From Octopus sinensis (taxonomy: Eukaryota), in assembly GCF_006345805.1 (NCBI RefSeq), contig NC_042998.1, forward strand, positions 156,550,001 to 156,614,000: DNA of 64,000 bases. The letters are read 5' to 3'. The position numbers and the translations under genes are program-made. This document shows, piece by piece, positions 24,301-38,499 of the stretch (the first letter of the stretch is position 1; each line of letters starts with the position of its first letter). The notes under the pieces were generated by a model. The model had not been told where the DNA came from and did not search any database. It saw nothing but the letters and a program-made list of their open reading frames with translations.

Positions 24301-24690
24301 CTCTCAGGAACGGGATCTTTGTCCTGTTACTGAGTGTTTGCAGTCCTCTGATGTTCAGTAGGAGCATCGAGGTGAGGTGTACGTTGTTGCCGGCGGTGTC
24401 CATCCTGTGTCTGTTTGCTGTGGTGGTCTGGTATATAGTGGGTAGTCCCACCTGCGGGCTTGGGTTTGATGAAGCCAGGTCAGCTGCTGTACAATCTTTT
24501 GTGCCATGCACAAAAAAGATTGTTGCTCAGCAGCTGCTCTTTCGACAACATCATGTTGGTGGTTTGTGGCGCGCACAACATCTGCGTACCTCCGCTTTGG
24601 GGCAGGTGGTGCGTGGTCCATCCCTTTTCTTTGTGTTGATGGTTTGTCCATCTGCCTCGTGTCTCTGTGGCAGGGTCCCCGATGTGCATA
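21305..24690 (-). mobile_element. CR1-group LINE, 5'-truncated in ORF1, (AATC)n tail
   Basis: APE and RT domains in ORF2; tail (ATTG)n on + strand 21305-21334; (TA)n tracts on both sides. Confidence 0.92.
21403..24511 (-). pseudogene. LINE ORF2 (AP endonuclease + reverse transcriptase) with one frameshift
   Basis: LNIRGL, LTETHL, MGDFNLP, TLDL, SDHN, GPDG, QHGFRPGRSC, LDFAKAFDKV, GVPQGTVLGP, YADD; a 4-bp CCAG duplication at 22003-22014 separates ORFs 21995-24511 and 21403-21966. Confidence 0.93.
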
Positions 24691-24701
24691 TATGTATGTA
24701 G

Positions 24702-24803
<102 letters not shown>

Positions 24804-25419
24804 TTGAAGGAAGGTATGTGTGTGTGAGATATATAAGCACTCCAGTATGGACGCTGTCTAATGACTAAAACAAGTAAAAGAAAAAAAAATATTGTTTTAA
24901 CCTTTTTTGTTAATGTGTCGCGAATCGTTATTCTCTGGCAGCAGTTTTACATTTTCCAGATGCCTTTAGCTAGGCCGAAATAATGTCTTCACCACTTGAC
25001 CCTTTCTAACCTCTTCTAGTACACCATAAGCTAAATCAACTAAATTTATTGTTCTCAATGATATATCTATCCTTCTGGGTCTTAATATAAGCAAGCACAT
25101 CAGTTGTCATCAACAGAACAACCCAAGGAATCACTATCAAAACGACTGCTACAATTTCAATGTCCCACACTGTTTATCACCTTAATACCTTCAACGCACC
25201 TCTGTAACAACTTTGTCTTTCTCCACGATTGAACGAACAGACAGTTTGGAACGTAATATCTTATTTTATTTTATTTTTGTTTTGCACACTAACACACTCA
25301 CAAGCACACACACAGACACACAAGCACACACACACACACACATATCTGGCAACAGACTCTCCTGTACATTTTCTTAATTACTATTAATTACATCATATAC
25401 TCTTCCATAAGATCCCACT

Positions 25420-26333
25420 ATGGCTGGACGATATAGGATTGTTGACTCTGTCCTTTCCGTTGATGCGATAACTCAAAGATCTCACCATATGCGAGACATT
25501 TATGCCATGCGTTACGCGGATTCAACAATCCAATTCCTGGCATCTGTGGGATTGATCCACAATTCATCGGAATGTTGTAATGAGCAGATGTACCTTGCAT
25601 CACGCAATACAGTATCCGATGGGAAAATGTGGAGGTGTACTGTTTGCAAGCAATATCGTAGCATTAGGCGAGACTCGTTTTTCGCGGGTTCACACCTATC
25701 ATTGACTTGTATCCTCGAGTTGATGTATTACTGGGCGATAATTGACTGTAAACAGAAAGTTGTGATGGGCGAAGTTGAAATAGGACGAGAGGCAATTGTC
25801 AACTGGTACAATTACTTCCGCGATGTTTGTGCCATGTGGTGTTTTGACCACCCTGTGCAACTTGGAGGAGAAGATGTTGTTGTAGAGATCGATGAATCCA
25901 AGTTCATGCACAGAAAATATCATCGTGGTACTTATCGAGAAGGCCATTGGGTCTTAGGCATTATTGAGCGCAGTAGTCTGAGATGTGTCTTAGTTCCTGT
26001 GCAGGACAGAAGTGCAGCAACATTGTTGCCCATTATTACCATGTATTGCCAGGAACTAAGATTATCACAGATTCATGGCGAGCATATAACAGCCTACCCA
26101 ACCATTTAACTGTGAACCACAGTGTTAACTTTGTGGATCCCAACGATGCCTCAATCCACACAAACACCGTGGAAGGGATGTGGAGTCATGTAAAATCCAA
26201 TTATCGGAAAATGCATGGAACGTCCGATAATCTGTTTTCGACATATCTGCATGAATTTTGTTGGCGACGTTACAACAGCAGTAATACTTTTATGAGCTTC
26301 ATAAAATGTATTAGACAGTATTATCCTGTATGA
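25420..26333 (+). pseudogene. Merlin / IS1595-like (ISXO2) DDE transposase with one -1 frameshift
   Basis: Zn ribbon C..WRCTVC, SIRRDSFF, VVVEIDESKF.HRKYHRG, WVLG, TDSWRAY, TVNHS.NFVDP, HTNTVEGMW; frame change near 26040. Confidence 0.92.
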
Positions 26334-27941
26334 TTTCAAAAATGTTTTATGAAGTTCATAAAATGTGTTCTGTTGTTTAATTTAGCCTCAAATTCATGGG
26401 AATCTGTATAATTTTATATTTATTATTAATTTCTTCTTTTTGTATCTTAGTAATTTGCATTCCTTTCTTTTCTCCATGCGCCTTTCGGATCTTGTAACTT
26501 TTATGATTTTCGGAATTCTAAAATACCTTTACAAAATTGTCTTCTATTCACGGAAATAACCCGTGCAAGCAAAATTTGGTCTAATGTTTAATTTTTTATT
26601 TGTCTATTTTTTGTAATGGCTTCTTAATTTGGTATTCATTACATTGAGAGTCTGAACCAAATTTTTTTTAAAAATCAAACATGAAAAAATTTGCTACCAC
26701 GCACAGTTGATATTTCCAGTTTCTTCTCTGAAATTTGCTTCCACAATTCATTTTACAGAAATAAGAGAAATGGTTAGAACGAGCTGTAGCTACTTATACA
26801 TATGTAGTGCTTTGAGGGCAACGTGAGTTAACTTCATCACATGGCTTTGCTAAGTCAATTGGTGTGTTTTCCGTTTGACTTAAAACTTTTCCGCGTCTAC
26901 ACACAGACACCACACGAAAACAATAGGTGTCACAGTGATATACCTCTTTTTCTACAGTCGGCCAGAACGAAGAAGTGACAATGCCACCTTCACATTCTCT
27001 ATTGTCAGCATCGAGCATCGGCAGAGAGACGTTATTAGAATACATCAACCACAACGATACAACTGGTTACCCACAACGTGATTCGAACACAACAACCCTG
27101 CCACAATTGCTGACTCCCGAGCCACAGAACTGCAGTCTTCGTTACCTTATCCATTACATTTGGTGAGCTCGACTTCAAAGACTTACTGCTTTAGCATCGC
27201 ATGAACTCTTGAAAACAATTACAGTCCGTGCCAGTCGCATCAACAAGAATTATAGGACACGAACTTTCACGACGCATAGTTTTCAGTTCCATCGTCACAC
27301 GCCCAACACAACACGAAAGGAATGAAGTCACCGACTCAATGGACACACACCAATTACATTCCACATGTACTGCAACCCGATGCACAGATCCACGAGGGAA
27401 ACAGTTGCCATACATAAATGCAACACTTAGGACAGCTACCCAACCAAGAGAACTAACCTTTTCTCACTTTTCAGCATAAACTTTTCACACAGAACATTAC
27501 CAATCGGATTTTGTCACTTTTCCTTACACATTTTGTACTGTTCGTTCCTTTTGCTGCACAACACAATGTTTACACATGCATATATATGCATGCTTGCACC
27601 CAGTTTCTGTGCACCTCTATAGACTATTAACTTTTTTTTTCCTTTGAATGCAACTCTTTTCTCATGAGAAGAATATCTCCTCATTTTATAACTCTCCCAT
27701 CTTTTTCTTACCATTTCACCATCGTCACATCAACAGAGACATTAAGGCTGCACAGTAGCAGTCGACAAGGCATGTATAACGATTAAATAAAAAAAATTTT
27801 GTCTATATCTTCGATCACTGTCATTATTCCATTGAGTCAACCTCATTATTTTCTACATAGCAGACTGTTACATAAACAGGCGCCGCAAGGTAATCTTTCG
27901 TTTTAATTCGAAATAATGTAAACACTGAATCGGCCATACAT

Positions 27942-27973
<32 letters not shown>

Positions 27974-28463
27974 GTACTTACACACACACACATACATGCA
28001 GACATACATATTCACATACACCGAGTAAAAAATTACGATGAATCGGCCATACATACATACATACATACATAAACACACACACATACATAGATACATACAC
28101 ACACACACACATACATGCATACATACATATACACATACACCGAGTAAAAAAATCAGTTATCTCTCTCTTTCACACATTACTCTCTCTGTCTCTTCGCACA
28201 CACTAACAGAAGCACTTCACTTACACAACATACTGTCTGTCTCCCACACCCCATCAAACGCACACAGGCCGACTTCAAAGTGAAACCTTCTCGTCGTAAA
28301 ATCGCTTCCTCTTAGTCTCTTTCGCTCTCATTACTTATGTAAAAAAATAAAAGTTTTTTACGGAAATCGACGGAAATCTGTGCTACTACAACCGAAACTA
28401 TGCCAATTATAGATTAGTAAGTTCCAAATAAACAAAAATAAATAATTGAATAAATAAATATGA

Positions 28464-28508
<45 letters not shown>

Positions 28509-28673
28509 ATATATATATATATATATATACATACACATATCCATGTATAGATAAATAGATAAATGAAATGGGATACAAATTAAGGAAGGCATAAAGATAA
28601 ACCTAATATAGTAAGTATATTGGATATACGTTATCCCATAGAGGGTTGCATTTACAGCCCCTATCTCAATTTG

Positions 28674-28779
<106 letters not shown>

Positions 28780-29482
28780 CTTTCAAATGGCATGCATTAC
28801 GGATGCCTAATGTGCCGCAAACACCTTATTTTTTGTTCGGAAAAAAAGGGTGGGGGAGAAACCGGAATTACTGGAAAATGTATTTCTTTTTTTCGATGAA
28901 TGAATTACGGTAACCTAGACTAACGTGGTTTTTGTAAGGATTTTGTGTCATTCTTTCTCCTGTTCAGACTTCGTTACCACTAATTTTTTGTAACTTCAGC
29001 ATTTTCACTTATTATTCTTTTCAAACTTTGAATTTTCTATCTAATCTACACTCTAGAAAATGTATTTCTTCAAACTGTTATCTGAAAATATTGGTAAAGA
29101 AAAGGGGCTAATGCAGTTTCGCACCTCATCTTCAAAAACGCTTTTATTGGGGTGCCCCGCCTTTTTTTTTTCCGAACAAAAAAGAAGGGGGCGGGGTTAC
29201 TGCACATTAGGCATTCATAGTACATGTGTTTGAAAGGTATTTATATACAATTTCATTAAAAGATATTTATTTTCCTCAATGTTATGGGCGAAAACCTCGG
29301 ATCTTGTGAATTTTTCGAAGTCTTCTCCTCACCTTTCGGAAAAGATTTTATCCACAAATTTCTTTATAATCATAATGTATGAAAGGTATTTATATAAAAA
29401 TTTCATTAAAAAAACCCCCGAATCTTGCGAATTTTCCGCAGTCCTCTACCGCCCTCATTTGCTTTTTGCGCATTTATTTCAT

Positions 29483-29916
29483 ACTAGCAGCATAGCCCGG
29501 CATTGCCCGGGTATGTAAGAGCCCCTAGTAGGCAACGACTAATCCCAATCTAGTCCTTTCCCTCTTGGGAACGAAGGCGCATGTGCAGGTTGCAATATCT
29601 TCTCTTCACTCGAATACTTCTGTGTATACGATGTTCCTAGCTGTCCCTTTGGGCGATAAAAAGGTCGAGTTGTGTCCCCTAGACAGAAAATGTGTTGCAT
29701 ATAAAAAGCTTAGATTCTCGACCCCATGTCGAATTTATCGATCTTTTTCAGAACTGGGGGAACTTTTCAAAGTTTTCGCTGCGTTAGTTTTGAATTATGA
29801 CATTGGGCTATGTGTGTGTCAAGTTTCATCAGAATCGGTTGAAAGCCGTGGTCAGGGTGAGGGTACAACCTGACAGACACACAGACAGACAAACTGCCGT
29901 TTATATATAGAGAGAT
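29483..29916 (+). mobile_element. Non-autonomous Helitron/Helentron-like element (DINE-1/Lep1 style)
   Basis: Starts ACTAG with subterminal hairpin CCCGG-CATTG-CCCGGG; ends ..TTTCATCAGAATCGG..(ACAG)n..TTTATATATAGAGAGAT. Confidence 0.6.
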
Positions 29917-29996
29917 TCGTTCCCTACACATTCTTTTTACAACCGTTGCACTATTTTTTTTTATTTCGTTTCCGGGTATTATTGTAAACATTAATC

Positions 29997-30092
<96 letters not shown>

Positions 30093-31125
30093 ACTCACCT
30101 GGTGCGGGTTGGGAGTTAAAGATTTGAATTCCAGATTTTTTTGTCGTTTAATTTCAGCAATTGACCACCACATCATCATTCTATAAAATGTATTTATAAG
30201 GAAAACAATATCGAAAAACACTAATGAGTGACAAAGAAACTAGGAAGGTACCTGACAGGTGGTCGTGGGATGTGCTAGAAACAGCAGCCAAACTTCCCTA
30301 AAATCACACACTTTTTCATCTGATAAACAGAAATAAATTGCAGATTTGAACTGTCCATATTTTAAAGCTTTTATGGAGGAGCGGGATAAATACAAAAAAA
30401 AAATTGAAAACATTTCACTATTGTTCATTTTCTGTTTGAAAATAAAGGAAGTGAGAATTGAATTGGTAATCCATTTCAAATCATCTTTTTTAAACCTTCA
30501 AGTGCGCAGTACAGAAAAAAGAATTGCTGAGGGATGGGATTGAAAATAATTCATAAATTTTCAAAAAAAATTTTTTTCTTCCTAAAAGGCGTCCCCGACA
30601 AATAAAAGAAAAGTTAAGATATGGGCTTCAAAATATAATTCATAAATTTTCAAAGTTTATCGTTTTTTCTATCTAAAAGGCGTCTCCCATTGCTTTTAAG
30701 TGTAAAAAAAGAAAGAGATAAAATAGGTCTGGAAGATAGGAAGCGGGGACTCGTAGATTTTCAGAAAAATTTTCATTGAAAGTTTCCCCCCATCATTTGC
30801 AATGGCGAAGAAAAAAAAATTGAAAAATCCCTTTAGTAGGGTCCAGTTCTTTATTCTAGTTCGAATCAATAGATATTTACAGCCATGCGTTCAGATTTAG
30901 CAGCTCACAATTTTATGACCTTGTAATTACCTTTATCCGAGCCTTCCCAATATGAACATAAGGCCCACTGCCTTTTGGTAGCACCAAAAAGCTCGAGGAC
31001 TGACCTCCGCTTGTGGAAAAAAATGACCGGCACACTAAATTTTCTAGCGACAAACAACTGGTAACAAACACCTGCTGGGAACAAGCAAAAATATCCTTCC
31101 TCCCATCTGGATTGACATAGATATA

Positions 31126-31813
31126 TTGGATCATCCTATAAATAATGCGGTTTTTTCAATTGCATGAACTAAAAGTCGGAGTGAGACGGGATAAACTACC
31201 TGCATCAACTTGGTATAAAAGCAGGTCGTAATTTTACCTTGCACTTATTCTTAGTGCAAGTTTTGAAGAGTGCAGTTATTTTTCAAAGCTATAATGGAAG
31301 TGACAAAGGAGCATATTCAGCATATTTTGCATTATGAGTTCAATAAAGGTAAAAATGCAATAAAGGCAACAATGCAACGAGGAATATTAATGCAGTATAT
31401 GGGGATCAGACAATAAGCGTAAGCCAGTGTCAACAGTGGTTCCAGAAATTCAAAGCCGGAAACTACAGCCAAGAAGGATAATGCGCGACCATAGGTTGGA
31501 GCAGTTTGAATGGGAAACGAGGCCCCACCCACCATATTCGCCGGATATTGCCCATCTGATAATTCGCAGTCTTCAAAATCATTTGAACAGAAAAAATATT
31601 AATTCTGTAGACGAGGTTAGAACAGTACTGGAGGAGTACTTTTCGTCATAGACAAGTGAATTTTGGAAGAGGGGCCTTGAAAGTCTACCAGTTAGATGGA
31701 AGAGCATTGTAGAAAATGAAGAGAGTATATTTTGAATTAAAAAACAAATTTGCTTATCTTAATTTTGAAAAATAAACGTATAAACAAACTGCATTATTTA
31801 TGGAATGACCCGG
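31126..31813 (+). mobile_element. Internally deleted mariner
   Basis: Imperfect TIRs TTGGATCATCCTATAAATAATGCGG / CTGCATTATTTATGGAATGACCCGG; MEVTKEHI..YEFNKG, WFQKFKAGN, DNARP, HPPYSPDIA, RWKSIVEN. Confidence 0.85.
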
Positions 31814-32441
31814 CGAGCGACATGAAATTTTTTTATTGCATCTTCTGGCCACTGATATATTCGTAAATAATTTTGAATTGGTTACGATATATCCTGCGTA
31901 ATGTATTTTTACATTAATTCCTCTTTTATTATTTATTTTTCACTCATATCCAGTTTTTCGCCATGGCTCGTTTAACTACTCTCTTCTTATAAATGCTGTG
32001 CATGACGTTTGAATTCAGAATTTGAATTGAGTAGTTAGACGTTGACATTATTCTTGCCGGTCGGAACACATGTTAAGCCCCACGGTATGTTTTTTGTGTT
32101 AATTTCTATGTACAGGAATGTTCTCCTGACGAGAAGAATGAACCCACTTTTAGTTCCTAACTCCGAAATTGCAATAGAGGACTAACCATTTATTTTTTAT
32201 TTAAATTCTGTCATGTAGCTCGCCGACAGCTTTTGTAGTTGAGGAGATATAATATGTGTGGTTATAGTGGCTTTATAGCGATTTTGACCGCTTTTTCTAG
32301 ACATGCAATGGTTTTTAAAACCCTCTCCGTTATAATTGTGATTTATTCACAATTATACACTCTTCTTTTACACACACACACGCACACACACACACACACA
32401 CACACGCGCGCGCGCACACACACACACAACACACACACAAA

Positions 32442-32893
32442 CTAGCTTAAAAACCGCACGTAGTGCAGACTTTTAAGCTAGCTCCTGTGGAGGTTTAATT
32501 GGGCCTGTGGCCCAAAACTAAAGAAGAAAATAATAATAAACCATTTATTGATATCCTACCATCTCAGATTTATATCACAGAGTATCGCATTTGGAGAATT
32601 TTGTATCACTGTAACATATGAAGATCACTGTAAAGTAGCAGGATAAACAATATTCTTTGTTTTACCATTTGGTGTGAGTATGAAGAGATTGTTGTCATTT
32701 CCAACTCTGGAACAACCAGCATAGAGCTGACCACGGGAAAAGCATTGCTGCGTGAGATGAAGTCACTGTCCTTGACTCTTATTAACTGAAATTGCAAAAC
32801 TAACTCGTAATGGAAATTGAAGTCTCTTCAACTCAAAGGCATGTCTGCTGGAATCAATACAGATTTGAGACTGAAACAACCGTTCTTGTGTGG
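32442..32893 (-). mobile_element. Helitron 3' end with Pif1 helicase C-terminus, interrupted by Gypsy copy 3 (continues about 37630-37800)
   Basis: FELKRLQFPLRVSFAISVNKSQGQ, CFSRGQLYAGCSRV, TKNIVYP* (32625-32893); 3' hairpin GCAC-TAC-GTGC followed 10 nt later by CTAG|T at 32442; LCNG motif beyond the Gypsy. Confidence 0.85.
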
Positions 32894-32898
32894 GATGT

Positions 32899-35800
32899 TG
32901 TTACACATTCATATCTGTGTATACGTGCATCCCCACTCTTGGCACTATTTTGTAGTGAATAGTACAAACTGTGTGTAAAGTATATAATGTATTACTACGC
33001 TGAATGTCGAGTCCGTGTAACATGAAAAGTCAATAAACGCGTAAACAATAACAATGGTTTTCATTTGGTTGTCTATCCCATTAGAACCCAAACTACACAC
33101 AACATGGTGGCAGCGGTAAATAATTAATCGAAAACTGTGCCTTTACAACGAAACAGAAACACAACAAACGAGGAATTAACAAACAAAACATCGCTTCGTC
33201 TTAGGACAACAAACACGACGATCCAAGATGGCGACCCCCGTCGCCGTACAGAGGAATCTACATCCGATTATGAACTGGGATTCTAGTGATGTCGTAGAAG
33301 CATTTAAAAAATTCAAACAAAAAACTCATCTAGCTTTCAAAAGTTTCCTGAAAGGCACAACTGACGATGAGAAGGTAAGCTATATCCTTTTATGGTCAGG
33401 TAATAAAGGAATAGACCTATTCAATAGCTGGAATATGTCAGAATCGGACTGCAATAACCCAGACACACTTCTTGAGAAATTTGAAAGGCACCTAGAGCCC
33501 AGGTCGAACCATAGAATTCACAGATACGAATTCCAGGGCCTGAAACAAGACCCACAAGAAACAATTGACAATTTCCTGTCAAGAATGAAAAATGTTGCAG
33601 AGAAATGCAAATTCAAAGACGGAGGAGAGAATTGTAGACCAATTAATATGGGGGTGTGCCCACAAAGAAGTACAAAAATCACTAATAGGTAAGGACGCTC
33701 TCCAGTTGGTAGAGGCAGTAGACACTGCAAGAGCATTCGAAGCCACTACCAAACAAATGGCCTCACTTAGCTTACAAACAAGCTCACTTGATAGCAGTGT
33801 AGATACTGTATCTAGGCACAGGACACATACCCACAAACAAAGAACATGCCAGTACTGTGGTACAGAGCATGAATCTAATAACCGGAAAAAATGTCCAGCA
33901 TTCGGTATACACTGCAAAGCATGTGGAAAACTTAACCACTGGGGGGAAATGTGTAGGGTAACAAAATCCCAGAGATACAAGCCCCAATTTTCAAAGAGGA
34001 GCGGAAATAGAAGAGATATACATGCACAACAGCAGGAACAAAACACCTCAGAGGAGGAATTCTTGGCAGTCGGCACAATAAATGTGCATGAAATGAGAAA
34101 AGACGACCGGAAGAAAGAAAATGAGGCGTACACGACAATAAGAATACAGAAGAAGTCTGGCAGGAAACGAACAAACATAGACTTAAGGATAAAGATTGAC
34201 ACTGGAGCCCAGAGTAATATCTTACCTGTCAACCTCTACAAAAAGATGTTCCCAGAACACATAACAAAAGAGGATAAAGTTACACAAGGAATCCTCACAC
34301 CAAGTGATGTAATCCTCACTGCGTACGGAGGAACCAGGATCCCACAACTGGGTAAAACAACTATCACAGGGACACACAAAGGAAAAATAATTAAGTGTTC
34401 TTTTTATGTCACAAGAACAGAAGGGCCAGCAATTCTTGGACTCAATACCTGCAAAAAGCTAAATATTGTATCAATCAATGCTGAAGTGAAAGCAGCGCCA
34501 AGCAGGATTGACAGTGATATGCCTATCAAAGATCGACCACAAATCACAAACAAAGAGGAACTGTACCCTGAATGCTTTGACGATACAGTCGGGTGCTTTG
34601 TGAAATGCCGATACCATATAACAGTCGATCACAATATCAAACCAATTGTTCACCCACCTCGCCGCGTCCCTCTAGAAATAAAAGAGAAGCTGAAGACAGA
34701 GTTGGACAAAATGGAAAAAAAGGAAATAATCACCAAAGTGACACGACCAACAGACTGGGTAAATTCAATTGTGATCAAGGAAAAACCCAATGGTACCCTA
34801 CGGATATGCCTCGACCCAAGGAACTTCAACAAGGCATTAAAAAGGGAGTACCATCCAATTCCAACCCTTGAAGAAATCACACCATCATTGGCTGGATCCA
34901 AATTATTCAGCAAACTGGATGCCAGCAATGGGTACTGGAATATAAAAATAGACAAAGAGTCATCCATGCTCACTACCTTCAACACACCATTTGGCAGATA
35001 TCGGTTCAACCGACTCCCATTTGGATTGAAGGTGAGCCAAGATGTTTTCCAGCGCCAAATAGATGAGACATACCAAGGCTGCAAGGGAGCAATTGGAATA
35101 GCAGATGACATCCAAGTGCATGGCAAGGATGAGACCACACATGACTTCAATTTACATGAAGCTATGGAGAAAACCCGACAAGCAGGCATCAAACTCAATG
35201 CAGAAAAGTGTATAATAGAGGAAAAGGAGTGCAAATTCTTTGGAATTATATACTCTGCAGAGGGAGTTAAACCAGGCCCCGCTAAAGTGGAAGCCATCAG
35301 AGACATTAAAGATCCTAAAGACAGGAAGGAACTCAGGAGCTTCATGGGACTCATCAACTACATGGGAGCCTTCATACCCAAGCTGGCCGATCACACTGCA
35401 AATCTCCGAGAACTAAACAAAGATGACGTAGAGTTTGATTGGTGTGCTTCACACACACAGGATTTCAACGCAATCAAAAAGCTCATCAGTAAGGAGACAA
35501 CTCTGCAATACTATGACAGACGCAAACCAGTAACACTCCAAGTCGATGCTTCTATGAGAGGAGTTGGCGCAGCACTGATACATATGCCTCTAAAGCTCTC
35601 TCACCCACAGAGACAAGGTACGCGAATATTGAAAGGGAACTCCTGGCAGTAGTATATGGATGCGAAAAGTTCCATACATACCTGTATGGCAGACATTTCA
35701 ATATAGAAACAGACCATCGCCCGCTAGAACAAATACATAGAAAACACCTCATGAAAGCACCAGCCAGACTGCAAAGATTACTGTTAAGGCTTCAAACATT

Positions 35801-37624
35801 TGACTATGATATCAGGTACAAGCCAGGAAAAGACATGATATTGGCGGATGCTCTTTCCAGACTATCCTCACATGATAAACAGGAGATGGAAGGACTAAGC
35901 ATAAAGGTCCACCACATTGTAAATGTGACAACCACAAAGCTAGCGAAAATCAAAGAGGAGACCAGCAAAGATGAAGAACTTCAGCTCCTTACTCAGATGG
36001 TGATTCAGGGGTGGCCAGAAAAGAGACATCAGGTGCAGCCCCTAATTCGTGAATATTGAGCCATCCATGATGATATATCAGTGGAGAATGGAATCCTGAT
36101 GGATGGATCCCGAATAATTATACCCAAGTCAATGCAAAAGGAGATTCTTGACAAGATCCACCAAGGGCATCTCGGAATGGAAAAATGCAAGCTCCGAGCG
36201 AAGTCAGCAGTATATTGGGTAGGCATGTACAAAGACATAGAAAAGACAGTTTCTACATGCCACATCTGTCAAAAGTACAGAAACTCACAACAAAAGGAGG
36301 AAATGATATCTAGTGACATCCCAAGAAGGCCATGGCAAACTTTTGGAGTAGATCTGTTCACAGGGGGCCAAGAATGGTATTTGATAATGGCCTGCTACTA
36401 CTTCAAATTTCCATTTGTGAGAAAAGTGAAAGACCTGACAGCCAAAACAATCACCACAGTGGCTCGAGGACTTCTAGCAGAGCAAGGAATACCAGAGCAG
36501 ATCATATGTGACAATGGAACCCAGTTCACATCACAAGAATTCAAAAAGCTAGCCGATGAGTATGGGTTCAATATTACAACTTCATCTCCACACTATCCCA
36601 AAGGTCATGGGTTTATAGAAAGACAGGTGCAGACAGTGAAGAGAACACTAGTCAAATGCCGAGAGACTAAGGAAGACCCACACCTGGCACTTCTGTACCT
36701 ACGAGCGACACCACTGAGAGCTGATATGAAATCCCCAGCAGAATTGCTGAATGGCAGGAAGTACAAAACTACCCTGCCAACTAAGATCCAACCTCCTATT
36801 GACCAGGAAGAGACAAGGGCAAAACTAGCAGCCACTCAAGAACAACCATAGTGGTATTACAACAAACATGCACAGTATTTACCTGAGATACTTGGAGGAC
36901 AACATGTGCATACTCAAGATCCCATAACTAAAACATGGATTCCAGCAAAGGTTGTCAGTAGAGCTGAAACTCCAAGATCGTATATAATAGAAACGGAATC
37001 TGGTAGGCAGCTGAGACGCAACAGGGCCCACATCCGCCCAACACCAGAGCTGTCGAGGAAAACGTGTACAACACCTGCTGCATTGGTGACAACACCCACA
37101 GAATCATCACCCCAACGGGCACAAACCACATATCATCAGCCCAACAACACACCTCAGACACCGGTGCTAAGCACAAGATCCACCAGATGGAGAAAGAACA
37201 TTCTGCCACCGGTTCGATACCGTTAAAGAAAAAAAAAAGAAAGAAAATGCAAAGATAAGTAACTAATTCAGCTAGACTACAAAGCAGAGGCAGAATAATC
37301 TCACGATTTCTGCTGTAGGATTGCCACCTCAGGCTGACAATCCATAGAGTAAGGGAGACTACTCATAATTGTCTTCACTGCCAAAAGACCCCTTTATATT
37401 TTTTTCGAGAAGAAGGGATGTTACACATTCATATCTGTGTATACGTGCATCCCCACTCTTGGCACTATTTTGTAGTGAATAGTACAAACTGTGTGTAAAG
37501 TATATAATGTATTACTACGCTGAATGTCGAGTCCGTGTAACATGAAAAGTCAATAAACACGTAAACAATAACAATGGTTTTCATTTGGTTGTCTATCCCA
37601 TTAGAACCCAAACTACACATAACA
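32899..37624 (+). mobile_element. Ty3/Gypsy LTR retrotransposon copy 3, full length (4726 bp), youngest
   Basis: LTRs 32899-33104 and 37419-37624 (206 bp, 2 differences), 5-bp TSD GATGT (32894-32898, 37625-37629), tRNA-Leu PBS 33105-33117, PPT 37407-37418. Confidence 0.97.
33228..37226 (+). pseudogene. gag-pol of Gypsy copy 3 with few lesions
   Basis: 686-aa and 256-aa open stretches with DTG, IADD, VDAS, H2C2 and DNG..E; short deletion near 33620, 19-bp deletion near 35582, stops at about 36058 and 36849. Confidence 0.94.
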
Positions 37625-38499
37625 GATGTATTGTCTATCTACATCTCCATTGATGTTGAATTCTCCTCTAACACTTACTAACTTGCGAGTTCGAACATCT
37701 ACTTGTGTTCTTGTAGTGACAAGTTCAAATGACCAAACGTGGGCGTGAAGACAGCCATTGCAAAGATGTTGTGTACGATACACTTGTAAGCCTACTATGT
37801 AAGTATGTATGTATGTATGTATGTATGTATGTATGTATGTATGTATGTATGTATGTATGTATGTATTATGTATGTTTTAACCAATAGCAGGTGTTTGGTT
37901 ATCGAATTTCTGACATTGCATATCAATAAATGGCTTTCTCTCAGGACTTCTATCCGTGAGTTTCCATTTGTTCGACTAACTAAACTACTTGTTCAGTGAA
38001 TTAATGTGTATGTGACTGCGGATTCTACAGACTTGTCCATCCTTAACAGATCTGTGTAATCTTGAGGCAGATTTAATATGATACAGCTTTTGACGATTCT
38101 GGACATTCAATTGACAATTACAGTCGTTCTGACCAGCTTCCGTAAAGTTTCCATCTACCTAGTTTCATTTAGAAGGCCTATGTCGACCCGAGGCTTATAA
38201 TAAAAGACATTTTCTCAAGATTCCACGCAAGTTGATCGAACCTAATATTTCGTAATTCTGAAGTGAATCGCTTAACCATTCGGCCATACTACGTACAGCC
38301 GTCAACGACAAGCCAATCTAGCCTGATTGGTGAGCAAGATATTTTTTTGTTAAATATCTTGAGAAAGGAAAAGCAAATCCTGTTAAAGATCGGATGAACT
38401 CTAGAAAGTCAATGACCATCCTATAGCGGGATTATATATGCACATCCTATAGCGGGATTATATATGCACATGCGGGATTATATATGCACTGTAACTATC

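Noticed and set aside
38417-38488. Short direct repeats resembling a CRISPR array
   Set aside because: A 26-bp unit repeated about 2.7 times with no spacers; an ordinary tandem duplication in a eukaryotic context.
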